From: an uncultured Clostridia bacterium
Lineage (GTDB): Bacteria > UBA6262 > WVXT01 > CAYYAU01
Length of the DNA: 30,334 nucleotides
Reading direction: 5' to 3'
NCBI GenBank assembly: GCA_964469765.1
Contig: CAYYAU010000001.1
Coordinates: 1-30,334, forward strand
In this document: piece by piece, positions 25,403 through 30,334 of the stretch
Layout of the letters: the number at the start of each line of letters is the position of its first letter
How positions within the stretch are numbered: the stretch's first letter is position 1
Position numbers and translations under genes: made by a program
Notes under the pieces: model-generated
What the model was told of the DNA's origin: nothing
Seen by the model: the letters and a program-made list of their open reading frames with translations, nothing else
Databases searched by the model: none

Positions 25403-27259
25403 ATGAAAAAGACATTAAAAAAAGAATTAGGGCTATTAGATGTATTCTGTATTGCAAGCGGTGCAATGATTTCATCGGGTCTTTTTATTCTACCTGGTTT
25501 AGCGTTCAATAAAACAGGAGCTTCTGTGGTGGTTTCATATATCCTTGCAGGTCTATTTGCTTTGCCAACTCTTTTAAGTAAAGCGGAACTTATTACCGCT
25601 ATGCCTAAAACAGGAGGGGATTATTTTTACATATCAAGAAGTTTAGGCACTGCTTTAGGAACAATTGCCGGATTTATAAGCTGGTTTTCCTTAAGTTTTA
25701 AAAGTGCATTTGCTCTTATTGGGATGGGTGCTTATACTGCATTAATTACACATATTCCTATACACTATATTGCTGTGTTCTTTTGTTTATTATTTATATT
25801 AGTAAATCTATTTGGAGTGAAAGAGGCTGGAAGATTTCAGGTATTTTTAGTAGTGGGGTTAATTGGTATCCTTTTATTTTATGTTATTAAAGGAATACCT
25901 TTTGTAAAGAATACTCATTTTACACCGTTTCTTAAGTCTGGTCTAAACAGTTTATTTGCCACAGCGGGGTTTGTTTTTATCTCCTATGGAGGATTAACAA
26001 AGGTTGCAAGTATTGCGGAGGAAGTAAACAATCCTGGTAAGAACCTTCCTTTAGGAATGCTCTTATCTCTTTTCATCGTTGGGGGATTATATGTATTTGT
26101 GGTATTTGTTACAATAGGGGTTCTTAATCCTTATACATTGAAAAGTTCTCTTACTCCAATTTCCGATGGAGCAAAGGTCTTTTCCGGTAATTTTGGAACT
26201 ATATTTTTAGGAATAGGAGCCATATTAGCGTTTATCTCAACAGCTAATGCAGGTATAATGTCTGCATCAAGATATCCATTAGCAATGAGTAAGGATAGGT
26301 TACTTCCACATATGTTTAGGTATATACACCACAGATATAGGACACCTTATATAAGTATTCTTTTCACTGGAATTTGGATGATAGTAATAATCCTTTTTTT
26401 AAGGTTAGAGATGCTTGTAGAAACTGCGTCAACACTTATGTTACTGCTTTACATATTTACGAACCTCGCTGTTATAGTGATGAGAGAAAGCAAGATTGTA
26501 TCATATCGGCCCAAATTTCATACGCCTTTCTATCCTTATATACAGATTCTAGGTATTATTGGTTGTTGTTTTTTAATCGGAGAGATGGGCGAAATTCCAC
26601 TCGTTATTACCACTGTGTTTTTTATTAGTGCATTTTTGTGGTATTTTATCTATGTCCATTTTAGAGTAAAGAAAGAGTCAGCGCTCCTTTATTTACTTGA
26701 GCGACTTGTAGGTAAGGATCAAGAGTTCTTAAGCAGTAACCTTTCAAAAGAACTTAAAGATATTATTGTAACAAGAGATGAAATTATTGAAGATAGGTTT
26801 GATGCCCTTATAAAAGAAAGCGAGGTTCTGGACATAAAGGAACAAATAAAGATGGAAGAGTTTTTTGAAATGGTTTCACAAAGAATTTCCAAGCAGATAA
26901 ATATAGATACTCATAAAGTTTTAAAAAAATTTATACATAGAGAACAAATCTCAACCACTGTAATAAGAAAAGGGCTGGCTATACCACATATTATGATTGA
27001 TGGAAAGAATATTTTCAAGATTCTTTTAGCACGGAGTAACAGAGGTATTCTTTTTACAGAAGGGCATTTGGTACATGCAGTTTTTGTTCTTATAAGTTCA
27101 AAGGACCAAAGGAATCTTCATTTAAAAGTGTTAGCTGCTATAGCTCAAATAACCCAGGATATTAGATTTGATAAGCAATGGCTTTCTGCAAGGAATAAAG
27201 ATGAAATAAAACACATTGTGCTTTTAGGAGAAAGAAAAAGATTTCTAAAGGATGATTAG
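25403..27259 (+). CDS. APC-superfamily (amino acid) permease fused to C-terminal PTS EIIA (PtsN/fructose-type) domain
   Basis: TM1 IASGAMISSGLFILPG, TM6 FISYGGLTKVASIAEEVNNP, SRYPLAMSKD and about 12 TM segments. C-terminal REQISTTVIRKGLAIPH...HLKVLAAIA is the EIIA motif. Confidence 0.85.
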   Translation: MKKTLKKELGLLDVFCIASGAMISSGLFILPGLAFNKTGASVVVSYILAGLFALPTLLSKAELITAMPKTGGDYFYISRSLGTALGTIAGFISWFSLSFKSAFALIGMGAYTALITHIPIHYIAVFFCLLFILVNLFGVKEAGRFQVFLVVGLIGILLFYVIKGIPFVKNTHFTPFLKSGLNSLFATAGFVFISYGGLTKVASIAEEVNNPGKNLPLGMLLSLFIVGGLYVFVVFVTIGVLNPYTLKSSLTPISDGAKVFSGNFGTIFLGIGAILAFISTANAGIMSASRYPLAMSKDRLLPHMFRYIHHRYRTPYISILFTGIWMIVIILFLRLEMLVETASTLMLLLYIFTNLAVIVMRESKIVSYRPKFHTPFYPYIQILGIIGCCFLIGEMGEIPLVITTVFFISAFLWYFIYVHFRVKKESALLYLLERLVGKDQEFLSSNLSKELKDIIVTRDEIIEDRFDALIKESEVLDIKEQIKMEEFFEMVSQRISKQINIDTHKVLKKFIHREQISTTVIRKGLAIPHIMIDGKNIFKILLARSNRGILFTEGHLVHAVFVLISSKDQRNLHLKVLAAIAQITQDIRFDKQWLSARNKDEIKHIVLLGERKRFLKDD

Positions 27260-27297
27260 ATTAAGCCTTATAATATACTTTTATTAGGAGAGATTTT

Positions 27298-28875
27298 ATG
27301 AAAGACACTTTGTTACAGAATAGAAAGGTTGTTATACTTGGAGGCGGCCCAAACAGGATTGGTCAAGGTATAGAATTTGATTATTGTTGTTGTCATGCTT
27401 CCTATGCCTTAAAGGAGGAAAACATTGAGAGTATTATGATAAACTGCAATCCTGAGACGGTTTCAACAGATTATGACACTTCAGATAAACTGTATTTTGA
27501 ACCTTTAACAGTTGAGGATGTATTGAACATAGTTGATATGGAAAAACCAATTGGGATAATTGTACAGTTTGGTGGACAGACTCCTTTGAATATTGCTGTT
27601 GCTTTAGAGAAAGCAGGGGTTAATATCTTGGGAACAACTCCTTCTTCCATAGATAGAGCTGAAGATAGAAAGAAATTTCAGCAGATGATTAAGAAATTAA
27701 AACTTATTCAGCCTGATAATGGAACAGCAACAACATTTGATGGAGCAAAAAGGATAGCTAACAGGATTGGTTATCCTGTAGTTGTGAGGCCATCCTATGT
27801 GTTAGGTGGAAGAGCTATGGAAATAGTATATGATGATAAGGATTTACAAAGCTTTATGGATAGAGCAGTTGAAGCGTCAGGTAAACATCCCATCCTTATT
27901 GATAAATTTTTAGAGGATGCCATTGAGGTGGATGTTGATGCAATAGCTGATGGTAACACCTGTGTTATTGGAGGTATTATGGAGCATATTGAAGAGGCAG
28001 GGATTCATTCTGGAGATAGTGCAATGGTCCTTCCTCCATACACGCTTGGGAATGATATAGTAACGGCTATAAAAAGAAATACCTATGCTTTGGCAAAGGA
28101 GTTAGATGTGAAGGGGCTCTTAAATATTCAGTATGCAGTGAAGAATAATATCGTTTATGTCTTAGAGGTAAATCCAAGAGCAAGTAGAACAATCCCCTTT
28201 GTAAGCAAGGCTATAGGTGTACCGTTAGCAAAACTTGCAACAAAGATTATGATTGGGAAGACATTGAAAGATTTAGGTTTTACAAAAGAAAAGGAGATTA
28301 AACATGTAGCAGTAAAGGAGTCTGTATTTCCATTTGTTAGATTTATTGGTGTTGATGCAATATTAGGTCCTGAAATGAAATCAACAGGTGAAGTGATGGG
28401 CATAGACACTATATTTGGAGGGGCGTATGCAAAGAGTCAGATAGCTGCTGGTCAGAGGTTGCCAACGCAGGGAAATGTATTTATCAGCGTGAAGAATCAA
28501 GATAAAAGGAACATTGTATTTATTGCGAAGAAACTCTTTGATTTGGGATTTAAAATATTAGCAACATCGGGAACAGCAGATGTTTTAATGAAGAATGATA
28601 TTGATGTAGTAGTTCTTCCTAAACTTTACGAAGGCAGACCTAACATTATTGATTACATAAAGGATGGTAAGGTTGATTTAATAATAAACACTCCATCAGG
28701 AAAACTCACTAAAGAAGATGAAACAAAGATTAGAGCCAATGCAATACTTTATAGAGTTCCATTAATAACAACAATTGCAGGAGCGCAGGCTTCAGTTAAT
28801 GGAATAGAGAACCTTATAAAAAGGAAAAAGATAAATGTGAAATCATTACAGGAGTATCATAAAGAGATGAAGTAA
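27298..28875 (+). CDS. carB: Carbamoyl-phosphate synthase large subunit, C-terminal half only (CPS.B + MGS-like domain)
   Basis: Begins at KVVILGGGPNRIGQGIEFDYCC, the start of the second half of CarB. Contains RPSYVLGGRAM, HSGDS, EVNPRASRT, EMKSTGEVMG and the MGS-like tail. AGGAG RBS upstream. Confidence 0.9.
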   Translation: MKDTLLQNRKVVILGGGPNRIGQGIEFDYCCCHASYALKEENIESIMINCNPETVSTDYDTSDKLYFEPLTVEDVLNIVDMEKPIGIIVQFGGQTPLNIAVALEKAGVNILGTTPSSIDRAEDRKKFQQMIKKLKLIQPDNGTATTFDGAKRIANRIGYPVVVRPSYVLGGRAMEIVYDDKDLQSFMDRAVEASGKHPILIDKFLEDAIEVDVDAIADGNTCVIGGIMEHIEEAGIHSGDSAMVLPPYTLGNDIVTAIKRNTYALAKELDVKGLLNIQYAVKNNIVYVLEVNPRASRTIPFVSKAIGVPLAKLATKIMIGKTLKDLGFTKEKEIKHVAVKESVFPFVRFIGVDAILGPEMKSTGEVMGIDTIFGGAYAKSQIAAGQRLPTQGNVFISVKNQDKRNIVFIAKKLFDLGFKILATSGTADVLMKNDIDVVVLPKLYEGRPNIIDYIKDGKVDLIINTPSGKLTKEDETKIRANAILYRVPLITTIAGAQASVNGIENLIKRKKINVKSLQEYHKEMK

Positions 28876-28928
28876 CCGTAGGAGTCAATCTATTTTAGGA
28901 ATGTGCCTATAAAGGTAAACAAATAACA

Positions 28929-29960
28929 ATGGTGAAAACAAAGATAATCTGTACAATAGGACCTGCGAGTAACAATATAACTGTATTAAGGAATATGATA
29001 TTTGCTGGTATGGATGTAGCAAGACTTAACTTTTCTCATGGCAATTATAGTATGCATAGAAAGTGTGTAGAAGTTGTAAGGCGATTAAACAAAAAGTATA
29101 GAAGACATATAAAGATACTTCAAGACCTTGAGGGGTATAGAGTAAGGATAGGAAAACTTGAAAACAAAACAACGATTAAATTAAAAAAAAGACAAAGAGT
29201 TTTTTTAACAAATCAAGCTTTATTATATAAGAAAGATGTTATTCCCTTTGATTACAAAGGTGCTTTGCAAATTATTAAACCAGGCAGCCATATTTTTATA
29301 GACGATGGTAACATTTGTCTTTTGGTAAAAGTAAGCACTAAAAGATATCTTGAAACAGAGGTTATTATTCCTGGTGTGGTTGAGGGATATAAAGGTGTTA
29401 ATATACCTGGTGTTAATTTGAAATTTAAAGGGTTAACAGAAAAGGATAGAATTGATATTCAGTTTGGAATAGAAAATAAAGTAGATTACATAGCTCAATC
29501 ATTTGTAAGAGATGAGAACGATATAATTGAAATAAAAAATTTAATAAAGCCCAAACTTCCTCATTGTAGAATAATTGCTAAAATTGAAAATAGATTAGGT
29601 ATTAAGAATATTGATGAGATAATAAATGTTTCAGATGGTGTTATGATAGCGCGGGGAGATATGGGTGTATCAATTCCAATATATAAAATTCCTATATTAC
29701 AGAAACGAATAATAAAAAAATGTAATAAAGAGAAAAAATTTGTTATTACAGCTACACAGATGCTTGAAAGCATGGTAGAAAATTTAAGGCCTACACGGGC
29801 TGAGGTTACAGATGTAGCAAACGCTGTTTTAGACGGAACAGATTTTGTTATGCTTTCAGCAGAAACTGCAACAGGGAAACACCCAGTAGAGACTGTAAGA
29901 ATGATGAATCAGATACTCAAATTTACTGAAAAACATAGGATTAATAATGGACCATATTAA
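28929..29960 (+). CDS. pyk: Pyruvate kinase, A+B domains only (no C-terminal regulatory domain)
   Basis: [52 protein letters not shown] and [10 protein letters not shown]. Ends at 343 aa. Confidence 0.92.
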   Translation: MVKTKIICTIGPASNNITVLRNMIFAGMDVARLNFSHGNYSMHRKCVEVVRRLNKKYRRHIKILQDLEGYRVRIGKLENKTTIKLKKRQRVFLTNQALLYKKDVIPFDYKGALQIIKPGSHIFIDDGNICLLVKVSTKRYLETEVIIPGVVEGYKGVNIPGVNLKFKGLTEKDRIDIQFGIENKVDYIAQSFVRDENDIIEIKNLIKPKLPHCRIIAKIENRLGIKNIDEIINVSDGVMIARGDMGVSIPIYKIPILQKRIIKKCNKEKKFVITATQMLESMVENLRPTRAEVTDVANAVLDGTDFVMLSAETATGKHPVETVRMMNQILKFTEKHRINNGPY

Positions 29961-30334
29961 TCTTAAAAGAGAAAGGATTTTTTCTCAATTAACAAAAGGA
30001 AGCATTTCAAAAAGTATTATGAGGCTAGCCCTACCTCTAATAATAGCAAATACATTTGGGATTGTGCTTGAACTCATTGATGCATTTTTTGTTGGTAAAT
30101 TAGGCACAGCATCTTTAGCAGCAGTTTCCTTAGCAGGGGTTGTAATATTCTTTTTAGCAACAATAGGATTTGGATTAGGAATAGGTTCAATAGCTCTTAT
30201 CTCTCGCTCATTTGGCGAAAGGAACTTTGAACGGACAGAAAGGATTATTATTCAATCTATTTATATAGGAATTGTTACTGCATTTTTTATTGGATTGATT
30301 GGTTTTTTCTATTCAGGAATAATTCTAAAATTCC
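29947..30334 (+). CDS. MATE family efflux transporter, N-terminal part (3'-truncated by window edge; not in ORF track)
   Basis: My translation from the ATG at 29947: [64 protein letters not shown]...[16 protein letters not shown]. No stop before the window end. Confidence 0.88.
   Translation, partial: MDHINLKRERIFSQLTKGSISKSIMRLALPLIIANTFGIVLELIDAFFVGKLGTASLAAVSLAGVVIFFLATIGFGLGIGSIALISRSFGERNFERTERIIIQSIYIGIVTAFFIGLIGFFYSGIILKF

Noticed and set aside
27269-27274. TATAAT upstream of the carB half-gene as a promoter
   Set aside because: No credible -35 or extended -10 at the proper spacing, and the context is AT-rich.
28876-28916. GTAGG...CCTAT REP-like hairpin after carB
   Set aside because: Only about 5 bp plus a bulged 3 bp pair, with no second copy in the window; too weak to call.
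2821-29773. All minus-strand ORFs and short alternative-frame plus-strand ORFs in the track (e.g. 4407-4646, 9893-10291, 23847-24311, 26374-26628)
   Set aside because: They lie wholly within well-supported + strand genes and show no recognisable motifs, so they are shadow ORFs.
28929-29960. pyk as a frameshifted pseudogene
   Set aside because: Downstream DNA encodes a MATE transporter, not a PK C domain, and catalytic residues are intact.
1-30334. Rex operator (TTGTGAA-N4-TTCACAA), CRISPR array, tRNA/rRNA, transposase or integrase
   Set aside because: None was found by eye. A Rex box would be expected upstream of rex, outside the window.

Overview
AT-rich bacterial window with every supported gene on the + strand and very tight packing (many ATGA or short overlaps). 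Positions 1-12159 hold a partial rex followed by an operon for a membrane-bound group 4 [NiFe]-hydrogenase with a complete Mrp-type antiporter module (Mbh/Mbs-like). That operon begins with an AsrA/HydB-like Fe-S protein, an AsrB/HydG-like FAD/NAD(P) protein and a HycB/CooF-like ferredoxin, which suggests a pyridine-nucleotide-linked, ion-translocating hydrogenase. Positions 12254-18685 hold maturation genes (hycI, hypA, hypF, hypC, hypD, hypE; no hypB), with a small membrane protein and a flavin reductase inserted among them. Positions 18701-20742 hold a coupled HExxH metallopeptidase and non-canonical Ddl-like ATP-grasp ligase pair of unknown function. Positions 20848-30334 are housekeeping genes: GTP-type PEPCK, purC, tsaC, queA, an APC permease fused to a PTS EIIA domain, a stand-alone C-terminal half of CarB, a pyruvate kinase lacking its C domain, and a partial MATE transporter. 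Several short degenerate 7-nt tandem repeats (four inside coding regions) and one 14-bp inverted repeat are visible. No rRNA, tRNA, CRISPR array or transposase was seen. All assignments come from motif recognition by eye, without database searches.
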